NCBI GenBank assembly: GCA_964007735.1
Contig: CAXGAI010000006.1
Span: forward strand, 62,001-126,000
DNA from: an uncultured Rhodopirellula sp.
GTDB lineage: Bacteria; Planctomycetota; Planctomycetia; Pirellulales; Pirellulaceae
DNA length: 64,000 bases
Direction: 5' to 3'
The notes below the pieces were generated by a model. That model had not been told where the DNA came from and did not search any database. It was given only the letters and a program-made list of their open reading frames with translations. The position numbers were made by a program, and so were the translations under genes. Position 1 is the stretch's first letter, and every line of letters starts with the position of its first letter. Shown here one piece after another: positions 30,627 to 39,901 of the stretch.

Positions 30627-32204
30627 TTATTTCTTCCCTAATCCAATGGCAATTTCCTGCGGTGTCAATTTACCATCTTTATTTTGGTCAAATTCAGGCT
30701 TCACACTTCTGGTATCTTTAATCTCACTTAAATCCAGCACGCCATTCTTATCCTTATCATACCTACCGATCAATGTGACAGCGTATTTCACGTATCGTGG
30801 ATCGGCTCCACTGGCGGTTGAAGAAGGAGCTTCACTTTCTTTTTTCGGAGTCTCACTTGATGCCTTAGGAGAATCACTGGAGGACGTTTTCGGGGGAGGG
30901 GTTACACCACGGACAAAACCAGTTTCCTTGGCAGACATAACTTCCTGCACCGTTAACAATCCATCACGGTTCTTGTCATAAACGTAGTATTCTGAAAGCG
31001 TCTTTTCATTCCACTGCCCAGAGTATTCGGACATAGCAATCTGCCCATCTTTATTTCTATCACCTTCACGGAACCACTGAGGAATTCCTTCGGGCAATAA
31101 ATCGTGTGCTGTCTTAAAGCGATAAGTGTTAGGTGATTCACCAGTGCCGCCACCAGCAGGCCCTTTGCTACCACCGTTCCAACTCGTACGTCCATTCTGC
31201 TGGCCATTGTCACCACCGGAAGAACGTCCACCACCAAATCGCTGTGTCATACCTTTGATCAACTCGTCACGGGTAATCTTTCCGTCTTTATTCGTGTCAT
31301 AAGGTGTAGGGTCAGTACGGAAGTTCTTCCATTCATCTTTTTCAAAGACACCACTTTTATTTGAATCGTAACGTTGGAAAATACCTTCGGCAAATTGAGC
31401 CATACGATCAGCTCCTCCCGAATCTCCGCCACGTCCACCTCGTGACCGCGACTGGTCACCCCCCTGAGGAGGACCTCCGCGAGCTGGTTGATTCTGCTGA
31501 GGATTCTGTGAATCCCGATACGATTTTTCACGAGCCTGGGCTTGTTGCGTATCACGACGAATCGAGTAGCGGACGGCTAATTCACTTTTCGTCAGTCTAC
31601 CATCACCATTCCGGTCTTGATTCATTGGGTTACCATAAAGCCACTTACCGGCACGAATCTCATCCTGTTCAAGGACTCCATTACGATTTCGGTCATATCG
31701 TTTAATCGTGTTCTCGGCCTCAACGAAATCGGCCTGAATCACATCAACATTCAAATATTCTGCTTTTGAACCAAATCCAACTGGTGGAATCAGATCTTCC
31801 GGTATTTCATTAAATCCTTGAACAAGCCCCTCGGCTGCTGAGGCCGCGTCATCATCAAAACGACGGTCGCCAGAATTACGGGCCGGTTGACTACCACGGT
31901 CGCGCGAGCGGCTACGATCACGATTTTGATCGCCTCCACCGCCACCTTGCATTTGCTCAACTTTTGAGGCCAAAGCCTGTAGCGGGATTGGTCGATTTAG
32001 GTCGAGCCCACCCGTCTCCCGAGCGATACGCTCCAAGAATGGACGAGCACGCCCTTGTTCATTCGGATCAAGCTGGCCGTTTTTATTAGCATCCAAACGG
32101 GAGATAAATCCCATGGCTCCACCAGGAGGGCCTTGCGCTTCCAACGAACTTGTTGCAAGTATTGCCAATAATCCTGCGGTGAGAAAAAGGCGCGTTGATA
32201 ACAT
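30627..32204 (-). CDS. Exported multi-EF-hand calcium-binding protein
   Basis: Signal peptide ending LEA. Nine D-x-[ND]-x-[NDS]-G-x5-E loops, e.g. DANKNGQLDPNE, DTNKDGKITRDE, DQNKDGKLTPQE, separated by G/R/Q-rich linkers. Confidence 0.85.
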   Translation of the reverse strand: MLSTRLFLTAGLLAILATSSLEAQGPPGGAMGFISRLDANKNGQLDPNEQGRARPFLERIARETGGLDLNRPIPLQALASKVEQMQGGGGGDQNRDRSRSRDRGSQPARNSGDRRFDDDAASAAEGLVQGFNEIPEDLIPPVGFGSKAEYLNVDVIQADFVEAENTIKRYDRNRNGVLEQDEIRAGKWLYGNPMNQDRNGDGRLTKSELAVRYSIRRDTQQAQAREKSYRDSQNPQQNQPARGGPPQGGDQSRSRGGRGGDSGGADRMAQFAEGIFQRYDSNKSGVFEKDEWKNFRTDPTPYDTNKDGKITRDELIKGMTQRFGGGRSSGGDNGQQNGRTSWNGGSKGPAGGGTGESPNTYRFKTAHDLLPEGIPQWFREGDRNKDGQIAMSEYSGQWNEKTLSEYYVYDKNRDGLLTVQEVMSAKETGFVRGVTPPPKTSSSDSPKASSETPKKESEAPSSTASGADPRYVKYAVTLIGRYDKDKNGVLDLSEIKDTRSVKPEFDQNKDGKLTPQEIAIGLGKK

Positions 32205-32470
32205 GTGTTTTCTATCCGTATAAGAATTCGATTTGTAGGAATTATCGAATGGAATACCCTACAAACTAAAGCCTACTGCACATTAGAAGCATTTCAAATG
32301 CTACGTCATTACTTCTACTGTACTTTAAGCACGAAACAGTATCGATTATAAGGTCTATACGGCTAATAAACGATACTTCTTCATTAAACACCGCCTTTAG
32401 CCCAAATGTTTCGCAGAGAAACTCCCCTGAAACGGCACAATTATCAGATTCTCTAATAATTCCAGTAGGA

Positions 32471-33556
32471 ATGAAATACATGCCGGAAACTACTCCTTTC
32501 ATCTTCTGCAGCTGCCAATATGGAGCCCAAACAGCTCTTAAAAAAGAATTCGCGACGACGTGGCCGCAGTTCAAGCTCTCGTTTTCGCGCCCAGGTTTTG
32601 TCACATTCAAAGTCCCTGAAGAATTCCCTGCAAAATCATTACCGACGCTGGATCTGAAATCCACATTTACTCGATCTTCCGGTATCAGTCTCGGAAGTGT
32701 AAAAACTAGCGGGCAAAGCGAACGAATTCAGCTCACAAAGCAGATTGTCGAAAACGCGGAACTTGAGAATATCGCACACCTACATTTGTGGCGACGTGAC
32801 CGAAGTGTTCCTGGTGAACGCGGTTTCGAACCGGGACGCGACTCTGAAACCGATCTGCTCGCCGAAGAGATCGCCGCGGTGCTAAACCTCGGCAAACTAC
32901 AGATCAACCGAATCACACAAGCCGATCAGCGTGTACTAGATATTGTCATTATCGACGAAGATCACTGGTGGGTAGGTTGGCACCAGGCTACAAAAACGGC
33001 GACACGTTGGCCGGGCGGTGTCTTTTCAATCCAACTGCCTGACCATATTGTGAGTCGCGCTTATCGCAAAATGGAAGAAGCCATACGTTGGTCCAGACTA
33101 CCAATGAAACCCGGGGATACCGTGGCAGAAATCGGCAGCAGTCCCGGGGGAGCCTGCCAGGCATTGCTCAAACGTGACCTCAAAGTCATCGGAATCGACC
33201 CGGCCGAAATGCATGAGGCGTTGATGAAAAATCCAAACTTTACGCATGTGCGTAAGAAGGCTTCCGAGATGAAGCGTTCAGATTTCTCTTCCGTGAAGTG
33301 GCTCATGTCCGACTCGAATGTCGCTCCGAATTACACGCTCGACGGTGTTGAAGACATTGTGAATAACAAACGAACAAATATCCGAGGCATGTTATTAACG
33401 CTTAAGATGATCAAGTGGGAATTAGCCGCCGAGTTACCAAGCTATCTGGATCGCATCCGTGGTTGGGGCTACCAATATGTCCGAGCACGCCAACTAGCTT
33501 TCAATCGTCAGGAAATCTGTGTTGCCGTCCAGAGAAGCCGCAGTAAGCGAAGGTAA
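32471..33556 (+). CDS. SAM-dependent RNA methyltransferase, RlmM/FtsJ-like
   Basis: VSRAYRKMEEA, EIGSSPGG, GIDPAEM, WLMSDSN, TLK, RARQLAFNRQEI match RlmM-type motifs. Confidence 0.8.
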   Translation: MKYMPETTPFIFCSCQYGAQTALKKEFATTWPQFKLSFSRPGFVTFKVPEEFPAKSLPTLDLKSTFTRSSGISLGSVKTSGQSERIQLTKQIVENAELENIAHLHLWRRDRSVPGERGFEPGRDSETDLLAEEIAAVLNLGKLQINRITQADQRVLDIVIIDEDHWWVGWHQATKTATRWPGGVFSIQLPDHIVSRAYRKMEEAIRWSRLPMKPGDTVAEIGSSPGGACQALLKRDLKVIGIDPAEMHEALMKNPNFTHVRKKASEMKRSDFSSVKWLMSDSNVAPNYTLDGVEDIVNNKRTNIRGMLLTLKMIKWELAAELPSYLDRIRGWGYQYVRARQLAFNRQEICVAVQRSRSKRR

Positions 33557-33651
33557 AGTGAGTGCTCGGTAAATTGTCATCCTCGGCTATCCGGCAAAAC
33601 CTGTTCGCCCAAGCTTTCGTAAAGGCGGGACCGCACAATGCAACACACCTT

Positions 33652-34086
33652 TCAAATCTCTCCCATCGGAAACCGTCTGACACTCGGTAACAAACCATGC
33701 ACTCCCCAGACAACGGTTACCAATTCCAAACGGACTTTGACCTCTTTAAGATGATGCAAACGAACAAATTCAGTTGCCGCAAGTTCAATTCGCTGACGCT
33801 TACGATACGTAAAGCGACGATGAGGTAAGGCGGTAGGATGAAAGCCTGCTTTGACTTCGACGATAATGATTTCTTCGCGTTTACTTCGATGGTCGACCAG
33901 AATCACATCTATCTCAGCACTTTTCATACGTTCTCGTTGCCCTAATACAGAAAAACCTCTGCGCAAAAAAAACCGGGCAACAAGCTGTTCCGCTTGCTGC
34001 CCGAGTTGTTCACTTGTGAGTAAACAGGGATCACGCCTTAACCCGCAAAACAGCCCGTTGACAAGTCGACAACTAAAAGCCCACAT
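33652..34086 (-). CDS. YraN/UPF0102-family putative nuclease
   Basis: LGQQAE...FF..RGF..L, AEIDVI, IVEVK; lies downstream of rplS. Start uncertain. Confidence 0.75.
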   Translation of the reverse strand: MWAFSCRLVNGLFCGLRRDPCLLTSEQLGQQAEQLVARFFLRRGFSVLGQRERMKSAEIDVILVDHRSKREEIIIVEVKAGFHPTALPHRRFTYRKRQRIELAATEFVRLHHLKEVKVRLELVTVVWGVHGLLPSVRRFPMGEI

Positions 34087-34206
34087 CCCCAACGTCGTTC
34101 CACATATTAAATTCCAGACAATCAACACGACAGGGCACCCTAGTGGTGGTCGGGCCGGTCCGAAATATTTCACCGAAAACAGGTATCTCGGTAAAGAGCT
34201 CAGTCC

Positions 34207-34560
34207 TTAGCTTCTGCGACGCTCCTTCAGTCGAGTCGCCTTCCCTACGCGATCCCGCAGGAAGTAAAGTTTTGCCCGACGAACAGAGCTCGAACGAGTA
34301 ACTTCCACCTTCGCAATTCGCGGTGAATGCACAGCGAATTTACGCTCAACACCTTCACCAGCTACAATTCGACGAACAGAGAACATCTCACGTGTTCCGC
34401 TACCGCTCATTGCGATGACAACCCCACTAAATACCTGCACTCGTTCTTTCTCCCCTTCGAGAATTCGAACGTGTACATCGACCGTATCGCCGATTTCAAA
34501 CTGTGGCTTCTCTTCTTTCAAACTGGACTGTTCGACCAGATCCATAAGTTTTTGATTCAT
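34207..34560 (-). CDS. rplS: 50S ribosomal protein L19
   Basis: GDTVDVHVRILEGEKERVQVFSGVVI, GVERKF, VRRAKLYFLR. Confidence 0.98.
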   Translation of the reverse strand: MNQKLMDLVEQSSLKEEKPQFEIGDTVDVHVRILEGEKERVQVFSGVVIAMSGSGTREMFSVRRIVAGEGVERKFAVHSPRIAKVEVTRSSSVRRAKLYFLRDRVGKATRLKERRRS

Positions 34561-34643
34561 TGTATTGCCCTTCCTTTTAGGACGACGTTTTAATATTCAC
34601 AAGTGTTTGGTTGGATTGATTTGTCAGTCTGCTGACAGGTAAA

Positions 34644-35324
34644 TCATAACAAGTCTGAGCGGCGTTGCTGCGTACGCTTCAAACTCTGCTCTTCGCGCCA
34701 TCGGGCTATCGCCTGATGGTCCCCACTGAGCAGGACCTGAGGAACTTCTAAATTCCGAAAATCCCTTGGTCTTGTATACTGTGGAAATTCCAACAACCGA
34801 TTCCCAGAGGAAAAGGAATCATCATGGCTGCTGTGCTCGTCACCGAGTACTCCCGGAACGAGTCGCATAATAGAGTCGATGAGCACCATTGCGGCAACTT
34901 CGCCTCCATTGAGGATATAATCCCCGATCGATATTTCCATGGGCTTCAGAATGTCCGAAACCCGCTGATCAAAACCCTCATATCTGCCACAAAGCAGCAA
35001 ATGCCGGGGCATCCCGACCAGTTCTTCCACAAGCTGTTGATCCAGTTTCCTGCCCGTAGGTGTGAGCATAATCAGGTTTCCGGGAATATCTCCCATTGCC
35101 TGAACAGCTTCCACACATTCCACGACAGGTTTGGCCTGCATCACCATGCCAGGGCCTCCGCCAAACGGTCGGTCATCCACACGTCCGTGCTTATCATCCG
35201 ACCACTGACGGATATCGTGCAGTGCTGTTTCCACCAATTCGTTTTCAATTGCCTTGTGAAGTAAGCTTTGCCCAAGATAACTCCGAAAGATCTCCGGGAA
35301 CAAAGTTAGTACATCAAATCGCAT
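34644..35324 (-). CDS. trmD: tRNA (guanine37-N1)-methyltransferase
   Basis: MRFDVLTLFPE, VDDRPFGGGPGMV, LCGRYEGFDQR, SIGDYILNGGE, LLEFPQYTRP. Confidence 0.98.
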   Translation of the reverse strand: MRFDVLTLFPEIFRSYLGQSLLHKAIENELVETALHDIRQWSDDKHGRVDDRPFGGGPGMVMQAKPVVECVEAVQAMGDIPGNLIMLTPTGRKLDQQLVEELVGMPRHLLLCGRYEGFDQRVSDILKPMEISIGDYILNGGEVAAMVLIDSIMRLVPGVLGDEHSSHDDSFSSGNRLLEFPQYTRPRDFRNLEVPQVLLSGDHQAIARWREEQSLKRTQQRRSDLL

Positions 35325-35400
35325 GGCAATACCCAACTTTCGAATCAACTTTGAATCGACTGGTGAGTCTTGGCAACTACACAGTCAGAAACCGCAAGTC

Positions 35401-35916
35401 TTACTCGCTGGTTTCTTCTTCCGCTGCAGCTTCTTCTGCCGGAGCTTCTTCTGCTGCAGCTTCTTCAGCCGGGGCTTCTTCTGCTGCGGCTTCTTCAGCC
35501 GGAGCTTCTTCTGCTACTGCTTCTTCAGCCGGAGCTTCTTCTGCTACTGCTTCTTCAGCCACTTCCGGTTCTGGCTCATCAAATGAAGGCAACGCTTCCG
35601 GTGGCGGAGCGGTTGGCTTATTAGCTGAAACTCGGGCAAATGCTTCTGCCTGAACTTCCAGATGAGTTCCTTCCGGACCGTACTTAGCAATAAGCACTTT
35701 CACCTTTTCAGTTGGCTGAGCACCTACACTTAGCCAATAAGCTACACGCTCATTGTTTAATTTTACGCGAGCATCTTTCTCAGACACCATCGGATCGTAA
35801 TATCCAAGACGCTCAATTGCTTTACCATTTCGTGGGCTACGACTATCCATTGCGCAAACGCGATAGAAAGGTCGGTGAGTACGGCCCATTCGTTTCAGTC
35901 GAATTCGAACTGCCAC
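35401..35916 (-). CDS. rpsP: 30S ribosomal protein S16 with long acidic C-terminal extension
   Basis: GTG start after AAAGGAGG; AVRIRLKRMGR..RPFYR, DSRSPRNG, LGYYDP, YWLSVGAQPT; AEEA-repeat tail. Confidence 0.95.
   Translation of the reverse strand: MAVRIRLKRMGRTHRPFYRVCAMDSRSPRNGKAIERLGYYDPMVSEKDARVKLNNERVAYWLSVGAQPTEKVKVLIAKYGPEGTHLEVQAEAFARVSANKPTAPPPEALPSFDEPEPEVAEEAVAEEAPAEEAVAEEAPAEEAAAEEAPAEEAAAEEAPAEEAAAEEETSE
35413..35562 (-). repeat. Coding tandem repeat, 15-bp units (AEEA[A/P/V]) with 30-bp higher-order period
   Basis: GCTTCTTC[T/A]GC recurs every 15 bp about nine times. Confidence 0.9.
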
Positions 35917-36049
35917 GATTCCTCCTTTGGGGTTTCTCTCAAATTGAAGCAGCAACGGGCTGCCTCTATCAACTAATTAGTTTCGTCATGTATTTATTTA
36001 CAAAGAACGAGCCGGTTATCTAACAGATCCTCGGCAAAGCACTCGCTTA

Positions 36050-37522
36050 CTATCGTCGACGGCGACGAGCCTGTTTGAGTAACTTTTCACGTTCTTTTCG
36101 ATTATTTCGTTTGTCTTTTGAAGACAGTCGAGTTCCAGTCGATTTTTTGGTCTTCTGGACTCCGCCTAGTGGATTGGCCATCGCACTATCGTGCAATTCC
36201 CGTACCGCCTTCAGGCGTTCCCGCATCCCTTTGCCGGCCATTCCCTCCATCATCGGTTTCATCTGCTCGTACTGTTTGATGAGTTGGGTAACTTCGTTAC
36301 CTTGAACCCCAGCACCCTGTGCGATACGATTCCGACGACTTCCTGAAATCACCGACGGGTCCCGTCGTTCATCAAGTGTCATCGAGTTGATGATACCGAC
36401 TGTACGACGAATCCCTCCTTCCGTCTCGTCCTCCTCCATCAACTGGTTCATTTCAGCCATCGGACCTCCCAGCATGCCAAGCATTCGCTTCACTAAACCG
36501 GGCTGTGCCATACTGGCCAGCTGTGTCTTAAAGTCATCAAGAGTGAACTGCCCCTTTTGGAGCTTTTCCTCAAGTTCCGCCTGTTGTTTTTCATCAACAA
36601 CCTGACGAGCCACATCCACAAGGCCGAGAATATCTCCCAGCCCAAGGATTCGGCCTGCCATACCTTCCGGTCGGAAAGGCTCCAGCGAATCAAGGTGCTC
36701 ACCCGTCCCGATGAACTTGATAGGCACACCAGTTACGGATTTTACCGACAGCAAAGCTCCACCACGAGCATCACCATCCAGTTTGGTCATAATCACGCCA
36801 TCCAGTTCCAATGCTTCGTTAAAAGCCTTGGCACTGTTGACTGCGTCTTGACCAGTCATACCGTCCACGACCAGGAAAACCTGATGTGGCTGCACTTTGC
36901 GATCGATATTGATCAACTGAGCCATCAACTCCTCGTCGATAGCCAGACGACCCGCAGTATCCAGGATGACAACATTCGCGCCATTCGCTTTCGCCTGCTT
37001 CACTCCGTTCTGACAAACCTTTACCGGATCAGTTGAATCCGCTTCCGAATAAACGGGAATGCCCAACTGGTCACCCAACACGTGCAACTGCTGAACAGCT
37101 GCCGCACGCTGAAGGTCAGCCGCGACTAGCATCGGGTTGCCACCGGATTCCCGGATCAGTCGAGCCAGCTTTCCGGTAGTCGTGGTTTTACCAGACCCCT
37201 GAAGACCGCAAAGCATGATGATGTTAACATCGCGATCTAAGGAAAGTGCTGAATCTTCTACTCCGAGAATTTCGATCAGCTCGTCACGAACGATTCCAAT
37301 GACTTGCTCACTGGGATCGAGCGACAATAGTACTTTTTCCCCTAATGCTTTTTCTGTGACATTGTCCATAAAGGACTGCACCACGTCATAGCTAACGTCC
37401 GCTTCAAGTAGAGACTGCTCCACCTCCTTCAGACCTTCTCGCATATTCGCTTCAGTCAATCGCCCCTTGCCACTAAGTGACTTGATGGCGCCCTGAAGGC
37501 CTTCGGAAAGTCTTTCAAACAT
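36050..37522 (-). CDS. ffh: Signal recognition particle protein
   Basis: LLEADV, GLQGSGKTTT, DTAGRL, DGMTGQDAV, TKLDGDARGGA, M domain (FTLDDF, IINSMT..ER, SRRNRIAQGAG). Confidence 0.98.
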   Translation of the reverse strand: MFERLSEGLQGAIKSLSGKGRLTEANMREGLKEVEQSLLEADVSYDVVQSFMDNVTEKALGEKVLLSLDPSEQVIGIVRDELIEILGVEDSALSLDRDVNIIMLCGLQGSGKTTTTGKLARLIRESGGNPMLVAADLQRAAAVQQLHVLGDQLGIPVYSEADSTDPVKVCQNGVKQAKANGANVVILDTAGRLAIDEELMAQLINIDRKVQPHQVFLVVDGMTGQDAVNSAKAFNEALELDGVIMTKLDGDARGGALLSVKSVTGVPIKFIGTGEHLDSLEPFRPEGMAGRILGLGDILGLVDVARQVVDEKQQAELEEKLQKGQFTLDDFKTQLASMAQPGLVKRMLGMLGGPMAEMNQLMEEDETEGGIRRTVGIINSMTLDERRDPSVISGSRRNRIAQGAGVQGNEVTQLIKQYEQMKPMMEGMAGKGMRERLKAVRELHDSAMANPLGGVQKTKKSTGTRLSSKDKRNNRKEREKLLKQARRRRR

Positions 37523-37708
37523 GAATTAGTCCTATTACACTTGTGCAGTGAATACAAAATCACTGACTACGCGTACATATAAGTGCATGCGCATCGCGTA
37601 CGTCCATAGCCACACACAAATAGCTGTAAACACTATTGTGATGCGTAACTATAGGGGAAACTCGTATTCTACAATCGAAACTAAAACCTTGTAAATGATC
37701 AGAATACG

Positions 37709-37731
37709 AAAAAAGCCGGCTTTCGCCGGCT
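37709..37731 (-). terminator. Rho-independent terminator for the thioredoxin-NHL gene
   Basis: Minus strand reads AGCCGGC-GAAA-GCCGGCT-TTTTT. Confidence 0.75.
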
Positions 37732-37848
37732 AAAGTCATCTTGTTTTACAGTTTTTAAGGCCCATCCTACATGCGGGGATCAACCTTTTCAGCTAATCGA
37801 AACACACGTTACATCCGAAAAACTTATCCCATCTACCAACAAGACTGT

Positions 37849-39645
37849 TTACTTAGCCTCAATCACGGGTTCTAAACCAACAAAGGACATAGTTCCAACC
37901 TTTTTGGTCTCTAAATCGATTGTCCGAATGAGGTGATTATTTGTATCAGCGACATACAAAATACTACCGATTTTAGAGATACCCGATGGTTCATCAAATT
38001 CTCCGAGACCTTCGTCTGAAGTACCTGGATCTCCCGAACCGGCAACGGTTTGCGTTTCCCCCGACTTCGCATCCACAACCTTTACTTTATTGTTATAGGT
38101 ATCCGCGATATAGATCTTACCGGCATCATAATGAACTCCTAAAACATGTTGCAGCAATACTTCATTCTTCTGCCCGTCCTTATCGCCAAAGGTAAATAAC
38201 CGAGCATTCGGTAAATTAGAAGTACCAACCACGGTGATCACGGACTTCGTCTGATCAAACGGTACACCACGAACTGAACTGCCTTCACTATCAGCCACAT
38301 AAATATACTCGCCGTCAGAAGTTAATCCTGAAGGTTGAGCAAAGGAACTAGCGCCGGCAGCATAGGGCACTTTGGGTAATAATGGGCCGTCCACAATGTC
38401 TTCACGGGCGTTACCGGCATAAGGCCCGATGCGTGATTCGTCCAACGGCATTATCCAAATCTGATGCGGTCCGGCCATCGCGATATACAAGTTATCTTCG
38501 TGAATCCAAAGCGCCCAGGGACTGTTGATAGGAGTCTTTTTGGGCGATCCAAACCACGGACCTGTCTGCTTAGTCGGTGTCACTCCCGGGAATGATTGCT
38601 GAAAAGTAGCCTGACGACCTACACCGGCAACCGTACTGACTGTCTTACTGGCAAGATCAACTTTACGAATCATATGATTCTCAACATCTGCCACATAAAG
38701 GGTGTTTTCGTGCAAAGCCAAACCCTGAGGATGATCAAAAGAGGCTGACGCAAAATCACCATCCATTCGCCCGACTTGACCGGAACCAATCACTTCTTTG
38801 ACATTTCCTTCAGTGTCAGAAATCACAATTCGATTGTGACTACTGTCAGTGATGTAAAGCAAACCGTTCGCTTGATCGGCCAATACCTTTCCCGGATACT
38901 TCAACTGGGTTGGCTCTTCTTCATATCTCTCCAACTCAAACTCGATAGGAGTCTTATCCAGTAGTTCAGTTTTTTCATAGTAAGGGATGCAATTCTTAAA
39001 AAACCCATCAAGAGATTCAAAGTCAATTTCACCTCGGTTAATCGCCACAAAAAACCCTTCCGGGTCGATCACCGTCAAAGTGGGCCAGCTATTGACTCCA
39101 AACGAATTCCAAAGGAAGTGATCATGATCGTTCACAACGGGATGTCGAATATCGTGACGCAGAATTGCATCACGAATATTCTCGGTATCCTTCTCTTCTT
39201 CAAACTTTGCGGAATGCACTCCGATAACAACAATCTCATTCGGATATTTCTCTTCAAGCTTTTTCAATACCGGAAGGATGTGATGACAGTTGATGCAGCA
39301 ATAGGTCCAGAAATCAAGAACGACGAATTTACCTCGTAGTTTCTTTAGCGTCAGTGGATCAGTGTTGAGCCACTCGACCTTACCAGACTTCTTAGCGAAC
39401 GGTTCACCTGGAATTGGAATACGACGGCTAAAGGGATTCTTATCCTGCAATGCAACCGTTTGTAAAGCTACTTCTGCACCATCCACTTCTGTTTTTTCGG
39501 TCACGCTAACCACAAGATCGCTTAACTGGGCTACAGAGGAAGGTTGGGTCTGATTTACTGCCGTAGACGAATCATCACCACAACCAACGAAAACTAATGC
39601 TGCCAAGCAACAAACCAAAGCACCAAAACTACGCAACCGCATCAA
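37849..39645 (-). CDS. Thioredoxin-like + NHL-repeat lipoprotein (NHLRC2/SOQ1-like)
   Basis: Lipobox FVGC; DFWTYCCINC, IGVHSAKF, SWPT; NHL blades (HPQGL, SPWAL, AMAGPHQIW, FAQPSGL, YVADSEGSS, FDEPSG). Confidence 0.9.
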   Translation of the reverse strand: MMRLRSFGALVCCLAALVFVGCGDDSSTAVNQTQPSSVAQLSDLVVSVTEKTEVDGAEVALQTVALQDKNPFSRRIPIPGEPFAKKSGKVEWLNTDPLTLKKLRGKFVVLDFWTYCCINCHHILPVLKKLEEKYPNEIVVIGVHSAKFEEEKDTENIRDAILRHDIRHPVVNDHDHFLWNSFGVNSWPTLTVIDPEGFFVAINRGEIDFESLDGFFKNCIPYYEKTELLDKTPIEFELERYEEEPTQLKYPGKVLADQANGLLYITDSSHNRIVISDTEGNVKEVIGSGQVGRMDGDFASASFDHPQGLALHENTLYVADVENHMIRKVDLASKTVSTVAGVGRQATFQQSFPGVTPTKQTGPWFGSPKKTPINSPWALWIHEDNLYIAMAGPHQIWIMPLDESRIGPYAGNAREDIVDGPLLPKVPYAAGASSFAQPSGLTSDGEYIYVADSEGSSVRGVPFDQTKSVITVVGTSNLPNARLFTFGDKDGQKNEVLLQHVLGVHYDAGKIYIADTYNNKVKVVDAKSGETQTVAGSGDPGTSDEGLGEFDEPSGISKIGSILYVADTNNHLIRTIDLETKKVGTMSFVGLEPVIEAK

Positions 39646-39901
39646 ATCGACCCTCTATTCCAAATCAGTCTGTTCAAATTTTCAGTCACCACAAAGAATT
39701 GCCGTGACAACGTGAACCAAAGTTCTCTTCTTCGGTCGTTCGATTATATCCCATTGGATGAATCATGACCAACTTCGATAGGCTACCCAGGCCATCAACC
39801 TAATAGCAATCGAGCACTTTTTTAAAATTGAATCATTAAACATGTTAAATTGGTAAGATAGATGACCCGTCTCTCAAACCAACTAGCCTAATCCAAAGGG
39901 T

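Noticed and set aside
35096..35653. Plus-strand Ser/Ala-, Phe/Cys- and Leu-rich ORFs
   Set aside because: They are antisense shadows of the S16 AEEA repeat.
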